From: an uncultured Fluviicola sp. | Lineage (GTDB): Bacteria > Bacteroidota > Bacteroidia > Flavobacteriales_D > Crocinitomicaceae | Assembly (NCBI GenBank): GCA_964383785.1 | Contig: CAYLJB010000003.1 | Span: 858-64,857, forward strand | Direction: 5' to 3' | DNA length: 64,000 bases | Shown here: positions 33,520-41,981 of the stretch, piece by piece | Layout: each line of letters starts with the position of its first letter | Position numbering within the stretch: position 1 is the first letter of the stretch | Program-made: the position numbers and the translations under genes | The notes under the pieces: model-generated | Told to the model about the DNA's origin: nothing | The model's database searches: none | What the model saw: the letters and a program-made list of their open reading frames with translations, nothing else

Positions 33520-33550
33520 AAAAAAAGGGATGTTTTTACATCCCTTTTTT
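33520..33550 (-). terminator. Intrinsic (bidirectional) terminator after dsbD
   Basis: AAAAAAAGGGATGT-TTTT-ACATCCCTTTTTT. Confidence 0.8.
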
Positions 33551-33563
33551 AGTTTGATTAAAC

Positions 33564-35657
33564 TTATTTTGAGACTTTTTTAAGACCACTTTCCAACCAT
33601 TTTTGGAAAACTGAAGGGTCGGAATGATTTTGATAATCCGCAGAACCTACTGGTACATCTTTACCGTCTGGAGTTTGAATCACATAATACGGCTGAGAAG
33701 ATGTTTTGTATTCTTCAATTTGTTTTGCAGTCCATTTGTTTCCGATCGTTTTGATAGCGAAATTGCGACCATTCAATTGAATAGTTTTTTGTTGATCTTT
33801 AGGCAATTCAGTGCGTTCGTCAACATATAGTGACACAATCACGAAATCCTCTCTCAAATGTTCGATCACGCCAGGCTCACCCCAAACGGATTGTTCCATT
33901 TTTCTACAATTCACGCAGCCCCATCCTGTAAAGTCTACGAATAATGGCTTGTTTACTTCTTTCGCGTAAGCCAAAGCTTTGTCATAGTCATTGAATGCTA
34001 ACAGACCTTGCGGACCTTCGTGCATGCCATCAACTGCGTGTGTCGAAGATTGAACACTTGTGTTTCCTCCGCCACCGAAGCCTTTTGGAGATTCAGCGTA
34101 AAAGTCAGGCGGTAAAAATGCATTGACAAGTTTCAAAGGTGCACCCCAAAGTCCTGGGATCAAATACATCGTGAATGCCAGTGTTAGCGTTGCAATCATA
34201 GTGCGTCCAACAGAAAGTCTGTCTACTTCACTGTCATGCGGCAATCGGAGCTTACCGAACAAGTATAGCGTCAACGTTCCAAATACTGCAACCCAGATTG
34301 CGATGAAAATTTCTCTTTCCAATAGGTGCCATTGCATCGTTGTGTCAGCAGTAGAAAGAAATTTGAAAGCAAATGCGATTTCAAGGAATCCTAAGAAAAC
34401 TTTAACTACATTCAACCAACCTCCTGAACTTGGCATTGAATTCAACCATGACGGGAATAAAGAGAATAACATGAACGGCAATGCTAAAGCCAATCCAAAG
34501 GCAAACATTCCTACCATCAATGCGCTACCACCTCCGTAAGCTGAAAGTCCTCCTAACAAACCACCTAAAATTGGTCCGGTACAAGAAAAAGATGCCAAGC
34601 ATAATACCAACGCCATAAAGAAAATTCCAACAAGTCCACCTTTATCTGCTTTCTCATCAGCTTTGTTCGTCCATTTGGCTGGTAATTGAATTTCGAATGC
34701 TCCAAGGAACGAAAGTCCGAAAAGGAACAACATCAAAAAGAAGAAGATGTTGAAATAAACGTTCGTAGACAATTCGTTCAAGATATGTCCAGCACCTGTT
34801 ATTACTACGATTCCACCGAGAAGCACATGGATCAGCACAATGGATCCTCCGTACAAGAAGGCATTTTTTATTCCTTGTGCTCTGGTCTTACTGCGTTTTG
34901 TAAAGAAACTTACAGTCATCGGGATCATAGGAAAAACACATGGCATGATCAACGCTGCGAATCCGCTGAAAAATGACAAGAAGAAAACACCCCAAAGTGA
35001 TTTATTTGACACTTCATTTGTGTTCTTCTCTTTATCCGGCTTTTTCTCGTTGGCAATTGTCGTTTTAGCATTCGGATTAGGCTCTGGCGTATCATTCCCC
35101 AAATTTCCTGAAGCAGCAGCTGTGTTTTCACCGGTAGTTTCCTCTACACTTGCTGTTCCGTCTGCATTTGGTTTTACTTTCACACTGAAAGTGCCATCAT
35201 ATGGAGGCAAACAATGAGATGCATCGCAAGGCTGGAAGGAGTAACTACCACTAACTGTAAATTCTTTGTCCGTTATGATTTTAATTTTTTGCTTAAATTT
35301 TACTTTTCCCTCATGAAAACATAAATCTTCATCAGATTCTTCATCATGTTTAAGAATTGGTTTTGGCTCTGTTACACCCCCTACTAATTTGTAATCTTTA
35401 CTCTTGTTTACAGTATATTTGGTTGCATAACCAAAGCTTCCTTTTGGCAGAACGATCGCATTGATGTGCCACTCCTTAGCGATTGATACTTCTGCTATAA
35501 CGGTAGCCTCGTTGTCTTTCCCCATTTCAACAGAGAATTTCCACTTGGCTTTGTCCTCTGGGAACTCTAATCCTTGGGCTCTAACGGCAAATGAGCATAC
35601 GAAAAGCACTGCTGAAAGTGCTGCAAAAAGCTTGGTCTTCATAGAAAAAATCTGCAT
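33564..35657 (-). CDS. dsbD: Thiol:disulfide interchange protein DsbD
   Basis: N-domain CDASHCLPP; TM MPCVFPMIP and SCTGP; thioredoxin DFTGWGCVNCRKME. Confidence 0.92.
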   Translation of the reverse strand: MQIFSMKTKLFAALSAVLFVCSFAVRAQGLEFPEDKAKWKFSVEMGKDNEATVIAEVSIAKEWHINAIVLPKGSFGYATKYTVNKSKDYKLVGGVTEPKPILKHDEESDEDLCFHEGKVKFKQKIKIITDKEFTVSGSYSFQPCDASHCLPPYDGTFSVKVKPNADGTASVEETTGENTAAASGNLGNDTPEPNPNAKTTIANEKKPDKEKNTNEVSNKSLWGVFFLSFFSGFAALIMPCVFPMIPMTVSFFTKRSKTRAQGIKNAFLYGGSIVLIHVLLGGIVVITGAGHILNELSTNVYFNIFFFLMLFLFGLSFLGAFEIQLPAKWTNKADEKADKGGLVGIFFMALVLCLASFSCTGPILGGLLGGLSAYGGGSALMVGMFAFGLALALPFMLFSLFPSWLNSMPSSGGWLNVVKVFLGFLEIAFAFKFLSTADTTMQWHLLEREIFIAIWVAVFGTLTLYLFGKLRLPHDSEVDRLSVGRTMIATLTLAFTMYLIPGLWGAPLKLVNAFLPPDFYAESPKGFGGGGNTSVQSSTHAVDGMHEGPQGLLAFNDYDKALAYAKEVNKPLFVDFTGWGCVNCRKMEQSVWGEPGVIEHLREDFVIVSLYVDERTELPKDQQKTIQLNGRNFAIKTIGNKWTAKQIEEYKTSSQPYYVIQTPDGKDVPVGSADYQNHSDPSVFQKWLESGLKKVSK

Positions 35658-35661
35658 GTGT

Positions 35662-36093
35662 TTAAGGAATTATAATGGTAAACGGGACATCAACCGGAGG
35701 AAGACACATCACGTCGTTACAGACCATGTAGGTCACGTAACCGGTTAATGTTCCCTTTGAACCGGATTTGATCTTTTGGGTGAAACGCACTTGATCTTTG
35801 AAAAAGTCCAGTGTTGCTTCAAAATTTTCATCGTATTCCTGAATAGGTTTTGGTTCTGCGATCGGCCCGTCAACAGTGATTCCAGCTGATTCGGTATATA
35901 CAAAGTTTGTGGGCACAGGACCAATGTCGTTCTTGATGTGTTGGCTGTATAAATGCCATCCCCCGGCAATAGTTGCCTGAAATTCAACTTCTTTCGTCTC
36001 GTTGTTGTAGCTAAATGACCAAGAAACTTTTTCCTGTGCTTGGACTGCCAACGTTAAAAAAAGGGCAAAAAAGAAGACAATTCGTTTCATCAT
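35662..36093 (-). CDS. Stand-alone DsbD N-terminal-domain protein
   Basis: Signal peptide; GWHLYS, GPVPT, YMVCNDVMCLPP. Confidence 0.85.
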   Translation of the reverse strand: MMKRIVFFFALFLTLAVQAQEKVSWSFSYNNETKEVEFQATIAGGWHLYSQHIKNDIGPVPTNFVYTESAGITVDGPIAEPKPIQEYDENFEATLDFFKDQVRFTQKIKSGSKGTLTGYVTYMVCNDVMCLPPVDVPFTIIIP

Positions 36094-36171
36094 GATTGGG
36101 TAATATCGTCAATCAAAACTACAAAACGAATTGTCGTCATCAATAGAACAATCCAATAAATTCTTGAAAAG

Positions 36172-36441
36172 CTAAAATTTCAATTCCACAATGTGGTCTA
36201 TCGGTATCCACATACCGCCTTTTAAACAGATGTACTTTTGACCTGTTGCCCAAATAGTGGTATTTACGCGTTTTAAACCGCTATCGTCATGGAAGATGAT
36301 CCCCACTTTAGTATGATAACCATTACCCAAGCGCGTCGCCTCTTCCAGTTTTCGGTGGATATCTGGTTCTTGTTTTACAGCTAAGGGCTCCTTGAATGTC
36401 AATTCTTTGACAAGCTCTTTTTCGATTACTTCTGGTTCCAT
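36172..36441 (-). CDS. Conserved Bacteroidota hypothetical protein
   Basis: ATRLGN..HTKV.I.F.D..G.KRV.TTIWA...LKGG..IPI pattern; likely ATG at 36441. Confidence 0.7.
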   Translation of the reverse strand: MEPEVIEKELVKELTFKEPLAVKQEPDIHRKLEEATRLGNGYHTKVGIIFHDDSGLKRVNTTIWATGQKYICLKGGMWIPIDHIVELKF

Positions 36442-36510
36442 GGTTTTTATCGTTTGCAGGTTACCTAATTTAAGTAAATTTTTAAATGAAATCAAGAAGT
36501 CGGAAAAAAA

Positions 36511-37794
36511 TCATTTTTTTTCAACGCGCAGGATGGTGCGTGATGAAGCATCTGCTAAACAACGCTTGTCTACTTTGATGCCCGGAATCCAGATAACTCC
36601 ACTTTCGTCGGCTAAGACCCGGAAAACTTTGCGATCGTTTTCAGGAATACCAGCGTCTTTTAAGATCTTGTGAACCCGTTGTTTTCCTTTTAAGCCAGGA
36701 GGTGACATCGTATCGTCTGATTTTACTAATCTAATAAGCAGTTTTCCAGCGATCTTTTCTGGATCGAGATAAATACAATTGAGATCAAAAGCCGCCGGAA
36801 GTGTTTGCACAACTTTACTCTTGAAATCCCAAGTGGAATTGTTGATCGTCGAGACTATCGGTTTTAACGTATTTTTAACGTGCTGAAGTGTAGTAAACCC
36901 AAAATCTATTTTAGCTCCTGATTGCAATTTCTCGAAGGTGTTGGCTCTTTTCAATAAATGATTTGGTGCACCAATTTCTCTTAAAAAAGTCAATCGCTCG
37001 GCTTGATCCCATTGAGACCATTCCTTTATATCGATCGTTTGTTCCAATTGCCATAACTCTAATGCCGGTAAAATTCGCTTGCCAAGTTCTATTTGATTCT
37101 CACGGAGTTTTTCTTGAAGGTAAAGAATACTCTTCGCAAGATCCGGATTTTCATTTTCCAGAATAGGTAATAAGTAATGACGAATTCGATTGCGCAAATA
37201 ATTGTCTGTTTGATTGGAGGAATCTTCCCGCCAGTATAATTTATTCGCTAAAGCAAAGTCGTACAATTCTACCTTTCGCAAGTTTAAAAATGGACGTATA
37301 AACTGTTGACGGAGCTGGTGCATTCCAGCCAAACCGTAACTTCCACCTCCTCGGGCCAATTGCGTAAAGAATGTTTCCAATTGATCATCTGCATGGTGCG
37401 CCAACAAAACAATTCCATTTGGATGTAGATCAGTCCATTTACGCATGGCTTGGTATCTGATCTTCCTCGCTTCATTTTGTACGTTTTTTCCCTTGCGTTT
37501 CAATAGTTTCGGATCAGCTTGGACTACATGTAGCGAAAAGCTATAATTGACGCATAAACTGCGAACAAAAGCCTCGTCGGCGTCACTCTCTGCTCCACGC
37601 AAATGATAATTCACATGTAGCACGTCTGCATTTCGTTTTTGCAAGTAACACACATGTAACAATACGCGGCTGTCAAGTCCACCGCTGCAAGCGATGAGCA
37701 TTGGTCTGTCTTTCGGGACCAATTGTTCAAAGGCATCGATTACCACGGACATGTGCCAAGGAGATTCAAAAGTTTGCCGACTTTTATTTGACAT
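36511..37794 (-). CDS. tilS: tRNA(Ile)-lysidine synthetase
   Basis: SGGLDS, ARKIRY, AHHADDQLET, EDSSN..RNRIRH. Confidence 0.93.
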   Translation of the reverse strand: MSNKSRQTFESPWHMSVVIDAFEQLVPKDRPMLIACSGGLDSRVLLHVCYLQKRNADVLHVNYHLRGAESDADEAFVRSLCVNYSFSLHVVQADPKLLKRKGKNVQNEARKIRYQAMRKWTDLHPNGIVLLAHHADDQLETFFTQLARGGGSYGLAGMHQLRQQFIRPFLNLRKVELYDFALANKLYWREDSSNQTDNYLRNRIRHYLLPILENENPDLAKSILYLQEKLRENQIELGKRILPALELWQLEQTIDIKEWSQWDQAERLTFLREIGAPNHLLKRANTFEKLQSGAKIDFGFTTLQHVKNTLKPIVSTINNSTWDFKSKVVQTLPAAFDLNCIYLDPEKIAGKLLIRLVKSDDTMSPPGLKGKQRVHKILKDAGIPENDRKVFRVLADESGVIWIPGIKVDKRCLADASSRTILRVEKK

Positions 37795-38873
37795 TCCGCA
37801 TATTCTTTCTCAGGATCTGAAAGACTTGTGATCGCGCCACCAACGGGACAAGACAGGTAGTTTTCCTGTTTGTTGTAAATAAACGAACGGATCATCACAT
37901 TCAGATCAATGATACCATTTGGGTCGCGGTAACCAATACTTCCGGAGTATAAACCACGTGAAAAAGACTCGTGCGTTTCGCTCAATCGAACTGCTGAACG
38001 CTTGGGAGCACCGGTCATGCTGCCCATAGGAAATAATGCTTTTAAGATCTCAGTAAATCCAATTTCTGGTCGTAAGTTACAAGAAACGGTTGAGATCATT
38101 TGGTGAACCATCGGAAACGAATAAATGGCGCACAATTCGTCTACTTGAACGGAGTTCTTTTCAGCGATCTTAGAACAGTCGTTTCTTACAAGATCTACGA
38201 TCATGACATTTTCAGCACGCTCTTTGGGATCGGATTTCAACTGCTCGATGATGCGCTGATCTTCTGTTGGATCCGCCGATCTTGGAGCTGTTCCTTTGAT
38301 CGGTTGACTGATCAATTTGTTTCCTTTTAAACGAAAAAAGCGTTCCGGACTAGCAGAAACCACTTCCCAATTCGGACTATTCCAATAAACACTAAATGGA
38401 GTAGGAGATTGGCTTTGCAAATGCTGAAAAAGTGATTTCCCATCGAAATCGTTCACCTGTTCTGCGTAGAATTCCTGACAGTAATTGATCTCGTAGATGT
38501 TTCCCAATTGAATTTCGTTTTTCAAGGTTTGTACACGAGATAAATAGGTTTCGCGCGATTCACGTGCTTTCCAGCTTACTTTTTCAGAAGGCTGATAATC
38601 CATTAATGGAGTAGTATTGGGAACAATACGAGTCTCATTAGCAGTCCAAAGACGTAGTAAAGGAAATGAACTGGGCTTTTTGGTTTTCTCCAGATTTAAA
38701 AAGTGGTGTCCGAGATCATAGCTGATCGCAATGAATACAAAATCATGTTTGTAACTTTCTAGAAACGCATCAGCCAAATACAGCTCCTGCGGATCGAACA
38801 GTTCAAAAACTGCTGCTTCCCCCAAGCCGATAAGGCGCTTTTCATGGTCCAATTGCACATTGATCTCGTACAT
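37740..38873 (-). CDS. pabB: Aminodeoxychorismate/anthranilate synthase component I family
   Basis: SPERF, PIKGT, KERAENVMIVDLVRND, FPMGSMTGAPK, RGLYSGSIG. Confidence 0.85.
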   Translation of the reverse strand: MYEINVQLDHEKRLIGLGEAAVFELFDPQELYLADAFLESYKHDFVFIAISYDLGHHFLNLEKTKKPSSFPLLRLWTANETRIVPNTTPLMDYQPSEKVSWKARESRETYLSRVQTLKNEIQLGNIYEINYCQEFYAEQVNDFDGKSLFQHLQSQSPTPFSVYWNSPNWEVVSASPERFFRLKGNKLISQPIKGTAPRSADPTEDQRIIEQLKSDPKERAENVMIVDLVRNDCSKIAEKNSVQVDELCAIYSFPMVHQMISTVSCNLRPEIGFTEILKALFPMGSMTGAPKRSAVRLSETHESFSRGLYSGSIGYRDPNGIIDLNVMIRSFIYNKQENYLSCPVGGAITSLSDPEKEYAECQIKVGKLLNLLGTCPW

Positions 38874-38934
38874 AGTACAAATTTACGTGGAAATGATCGA
38901 ATGACGTTGTTTCTGAAATGTGTAAATTCGTTTC

Positions 38935-40254
38935 ATGCTATACCGCATTTTAAAATGGTTGGTGGGACTTGGAATTCGCATGTATTACAAAGAAGTGCGT
39001 ATTCATGGTTCAGACAGGATTCCTTCGGAAGGTCCGGTGATTTTGATCGCCAACCACCCCAATACCCTCATGGATGCCTGGATGGTGGGTTATGCCAGTA
39101 AACGAAAGGTCCATTTCTTAGCCAAGGCGACGTTTTTCAATTCTCCATTTAAAAAGAAAGTATTGAGTGCTTTGGGTATGATTCCGATCAATCGAAAATC
39201 AGATGGAGCTACCAGTGGTGTGAGTAATAAGGATTCCTTCGAAGCATGTTATAAATTGCTGGAGCAAGGAGAGGTGTTGGTTGTATTTCCTGAAGGGACT
39301 AGTTATTTAGAACGTCGTTTGCGTGAATTGAAAACGGGAACCGCACGCATAGCATTGGAAGTTGAAAAACGCAATGGAGGAAAGTTAGATGTACATATCG
39401 TACCTGTAGGCTTGAATTACATAGATGCCGACACCTTTCGAGGCAAAGTCATGGTGCACATTGGTAAGCCGATCTCAATGAGTGAAGAGCTGGTGGAAGC
39501 CTATGTAAAAACTCCGGGAAAGGCGGCGCAGCAGTTAACGGAACAATTCCGCATCGCTTTAACAAGGGTTTTTGTGACCATGGACGATGCAATAAAGGAA
39601 ACAATATCCGACAAATTGCGTTGGATCTTTGATACTCGTTACACCAATCGAGGAGCACAAGTAGAAACCAGTATTCAACTACTGCGAACAATACAGGCGA
39701 AAATGGACAGTTTTGCCCTTACAACTCCGTGGAAAGTGGAAGCGATCAGCAAGCAGGTAGAGGAATTAGAGCAAGATTTAGTGAAAGCCGGAATTCGTCC
39801 TGATTTTCTGGATCGTCCTTATCGAGCAACGCTTTATAGTCGACAATTTGTGCAGACCACGATATTCTTAGTGGCTTGTTTCCCTTTGTTTCTCTTTGGT
39901 TGGTTGCACAATATTGCCACTTACAAATTCATTGGATTCGTAGTTCCTAAAATGTCGAAGGATGTGGAATATCACGCTCCACTAGTTGTGTTATTAGGTT
40001 TGCTACTTTATCCGATAACTTATTTAATCTTTTGGCTCAGCGCGGATGCCTTTTTTGAATTGTGGTGGTGGCAAGAATTGATCTATCTAGGAGCGATGCC
40101 CTTGAGTGGGATCTTTGCGCATTACTATGCAAGAAGTTACCATCATTTGCGTTCAAAGCGTAAATTCAGTCGTTTTGCGCGCAAGCGTAGAGAGTTTTTT
40201 GAGGAGGTGAAATCGAAACGCGAAAAGCTGAAAGACTTGATTTTTAGTGAATAA
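38935..40254 (+). CDS. Lysophospholipid/glycerol-3-phosphate acyltransferase family
   Basis: NHPNTLMD (HxxxxD), FPEGTS, LKTGTARI; C-terminal TM helices. Confidence 0.88.
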   Translation: MLYRILKWLVGLGIRMYYKEVRIHGSDRIPSEGPVILIANHPNTLMDAWMVGYASKRKVHFLAKATFFNSPFKKKVLSALGMIPINRKSDGATSGVSNKDSFEACYKLLEQGEVLVVFPEGTSYLERRLRELKTGTARIALEVEKRNGGKLDVHIVPVGLNYIDADTFRGKVMVHIGKPISMSEELVEAYVKTPGKAAQQLTEQFRIALTRVFVTMDDAIKETISDKLRWIFDTRYTNRGAQVETSIQLLRTIQAKMDSFALTTPWKVEAISKQVEELEQDLVKAGIRPDFLDRPYRATLYSRQFVQTTIFLVACFPLFLFGWLHNIATYKFIGFVVPKMSKDVEYHAPLVVLLGLLLYPITYLIFWLSADAFFELWWWQELIYLGAMPLSGIFAHYYARSYHHLRSKRKFSRFARKRREFFEEVKSKREKLKDLIFSE

Positions 40255-40309
40255 TCAGATCGTAAAAAAGGATTGAAGGGGCAAAAGCTATTTTTTTTCT
40301 CAAAATTGC

Positions 40310-40339
40310 TTTGCAGGAACGCATGAATTGTTATTTTTG
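40310..40339 (+). promoter_or_regulatory. Bacteroidota primary-sigma promoter for tRNA-Ser
   Basis: TTTG (-33-like) ... TATTTTTG (-7 box, 40332-40339). Confidence 0.7.
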
Positions 40340-40360
40340 CCCCCACGTTCTTTGAACACA

Positions 40361-40447
<87 letters not shown>

Positions 40448-40487
40448 CAACGATGCGGTGAAAAAAATGAGAAAATCATTTTTGTGC

Positions 40488-40517
40488 TTGCAAAAGAGAG
40501 AAAAGTCACTATCTTTG
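40488..40517 (+). promoter_or_regulatory. Primary-sigma promoter for tRNA-Pro
   Basis: TTG ... TATCTTTG (40510-40517). Confidence 0.7.
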
Positions 40518-40582
40518 CACCCGCAAATGAGCATTCCACTTCGCAAGCGGCGAAGTGCTGAAAGACATAAAAAAGCCTAGTT

Positions 40583-40657
40583 CGGGGCGTAGCGTAGTCC
40601 GGTCATCGCGCCTGGTTTGGGACCAGGAGGTCGCAGGTTCGAATCCTGCCGCCCCGA
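40583..40657 (+). tRNA. tRNA-Pro(TGG)
   Basis: CGGGGCG/CGCCCCG acceptor stem, CCTGG-TTTGGGA-CCAGG anticodon arm, GGTTCGAATCC. Confidence 0.96.
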
Positions 40658-40664
40658 CGAAACA

Positions 40665-40704
40665 AAAGGGGATTCTGATATTTCGGAAATCCCCTTTTTT
40701 ATTT
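40665..40704 (+). terminator. Terminator-like hairpin after tRNA-Pro
   Basis: AAAAGGGGATTCTGA-TATT-TCGGAAATCCCCTTTTTTATTT. Confidence 0.75.
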
Positions 40705-40721
40705 ACTAGGAATAGACATGA

Positions 40722-40941
40722 GCTCACATAGCTCATCCCGAAAATGATCGGGAGGATAGAGCATCCCGACCTTCAAGTCGGGAAGGTCTCAGGTTCGAAT
40801 GAACTATGTGTGTTAGAATAAAAAGAAATTAGGTCCCATAGCTCATCCCGAAAGCGATCGGGAGGATAGAGCATCCCGACCTTCAAGTCGGGAAGGTCTC
40901 AGGTTCGAATGAACTATGTGTGTTAGAATAAAAAGAAATTA
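40722..40941 (+). repeat. Two tandem 110-bp tRNA-Arg-derived units carrying TCCCGA/TCGGGA hairpins (pseudo-tRNA array)
   Basis: 40727-40831 and 40837-40941 are identical except for 2 nt in the first hairpin loop. Both share CATAGCTCA, GGATAGAGCA and AGGTCTCAGGTTCGAAT with the adjacent tRNA-Arg. Confidence 0.92.
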
Positions 40942-41015
40942 GGTCCCATAGCTCAGCTGGATAGAGCAACTGCCTTCTAAGCAGTAGGTCTCAGGTTCGA
41001 ATCCTGATGGGATCA
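40942..41015 (+). tRNA. tRNA-Arg(TCT)
   Basis: GGTCCCA/TGGGATC acceptor stem, ACTGC-CTTCTAA-GCAGT anticodon arm, TCAGG-TTCGAAT-CCTGA T arm. Confidence 0.96.
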
Positions 41016-41019
41016 CGTT

Positions 41020-41050
41020 AAAGCCACCTTCGAGGTGGCTTTTTTGTTTT
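41020..41050 (+). terminator. Intrinsic terminator after tRNA-Arg
   Basis: AAAGCCACC-TTCGA-GGTGGCTTTTTTGTTTT. Confidence 0.88.
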
Positions 41051-41117
41051 TATAATTCCCCATCCAAGACAAGATAAAATTGCCTTTTTACAAAAATGTA
41101 ATCGCGTATTCAAATTA

Positions 41118-41137
41118 ATATCGTAATATTGCAATAT
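41118..41137. promoter_or_regulatory. Probable ArsR operator
   Basis: Imperfect palindrome ATATCGTAAT-ATTGCAATAT 12 nt upstream of the arsR ATG. Confidence 0.6.
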
Positions 41138-41149
41138 GTAAATATTAAG

Positions 41150-41476
41150 ATGGGAACAACAAAGACCGAACAATTTACAGCAGAACAAGTGGAACAAGCC
41201 GCGTGGTTCAAAGCGATTGGCAATCCGGCGAGACTGGCGATCCTGCAATTTCTGGCTAAGCAATCAAGTTGTATTTGTGGCGATATCGTGGATGAGATCG
41301 GACTGGCACAGCCAACGATTTCAGCACACCTCAAAGAACTGAAGCAGGCCGGATTGATCCAAGGAACCATATCCGGAAAAGCAATCTGCTATTGTATTAA
41401 CCAAGATGCAGTGGCGCGTCTCCAAGAGGCACTGCTTGGCTTTTTACCTCCTGCTAAATCTTCAAAATGTTGCTAA
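41150..41476 (+). CDS. arsR: ArsR/SmtB family arsenic-responsive repressor
   Basis: FKAIGNPARL, CICGD, LAQPTISAHLKELK..GLI, C-terminal CC; ATG 41150. Confidence 0.9.
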   Translation: MGTTKTEQFTAEQVEQAAWFKAIGNPARLAILQFLAKQSSCICGDIVDEIGLAQPTISAHLKELKQAGLIQGTISGKAICYCINQDAVARLQEALLGFLPPAKSSKCC

Positions 41477-41494
41477 TTATTTAATTGAATAGAT

Positions 41495-41971
41495 ATGAAA
41501 CTTTCAACTTTTAAAAACGCGTTGCAGTCTGTGGATAGTCTGCAATTTGTATTGCCAAACGGCCAATCTGTACCGGCTCATTTTCACATCACCGAGATCG
41601 GAAACATCACGCGTCATTTCATTGATTGCGGAGGAACTGAACGCATCGAGCGCAAAGTAAATTTCCAATTGTGGGTAGCTGGAGATACGGACCACCGTTT
41701 GAAATCAGAGAAATTGCTACGCATCATTGAGTTGGGTGAAAAACAATTAGGTCTAGGCGACTTGGAGATCGAAGCAGAATACCAAGGAGATACTATCGGG
41801 AAATTCGCTGTGGAGTTCAATAACGGGATCTTCTTCCTGAAGTCTACACAAACGGCTTGTTTGGCAGAGGATGCGTGTGGTATTCCAGTGGAGAAGCAAA
41901 AAGTTTCTTTACAAAGTTTGGGTACCCAATCAGATAGCAGTTGTTGTACTCCCGGTTCAGGTTGTTGTTAA
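41495..41971 (+). CDS. DUF6428-like protein (ars-associated, Cys-rich C-terminus)
   Basis: VPAHFHITEIG, FIDCGG, QLW, TACLAEDACG, CCTPGSGCC. Confidence 0.8.
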   Translation: MKLSTFKNALQSVDSLQFVLPNGQSVPAHFHITEIGNITRHFIDCGGTERIERKVNFQLWVAGDTDHRLKSEKLLRIIELGEKQLGLGDLEIEAEYQGDTIGKFAVEFNNGIFFLKSTQTACLAEDACGIPVEKQKVSLQSLGTQSDSSCCTPGSGCC

Positions 41972-41981
41972 ACACAGAGTT

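Noticed and set aside
33421-33550. Two hairpins sharing AGGGATG/CATCCCT as a repeat family
   Set aside because: Adequately explained as the terminators of two convergent genes.
33564-36093. Duplicated DsbD N-domain gene beside dsbD
   Set aside because: A common arrangement in Bacteroidota.
40722-40941. CRISPR array
   Set aside because: Only two 110-bp units, with no unique spacers and no cas genes; the units derive from tRNA-Arg.
40722-40941. Functional extra tRNAs or intron-containing tRNAs
   Set aside because: The 3' T-stem and acceptor strands are missing. The anticodon arm is replaced rather than interrupted, so removing the hairpins does not restore a tRNA.
40722-41015. attL/attR of an integrated element at tRNA-Arg
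   Set aside because: The duplicated part is the 5' three-quarters of the tRNA in tandem, not a distant 3'-end copy. No integrase is present in the window.
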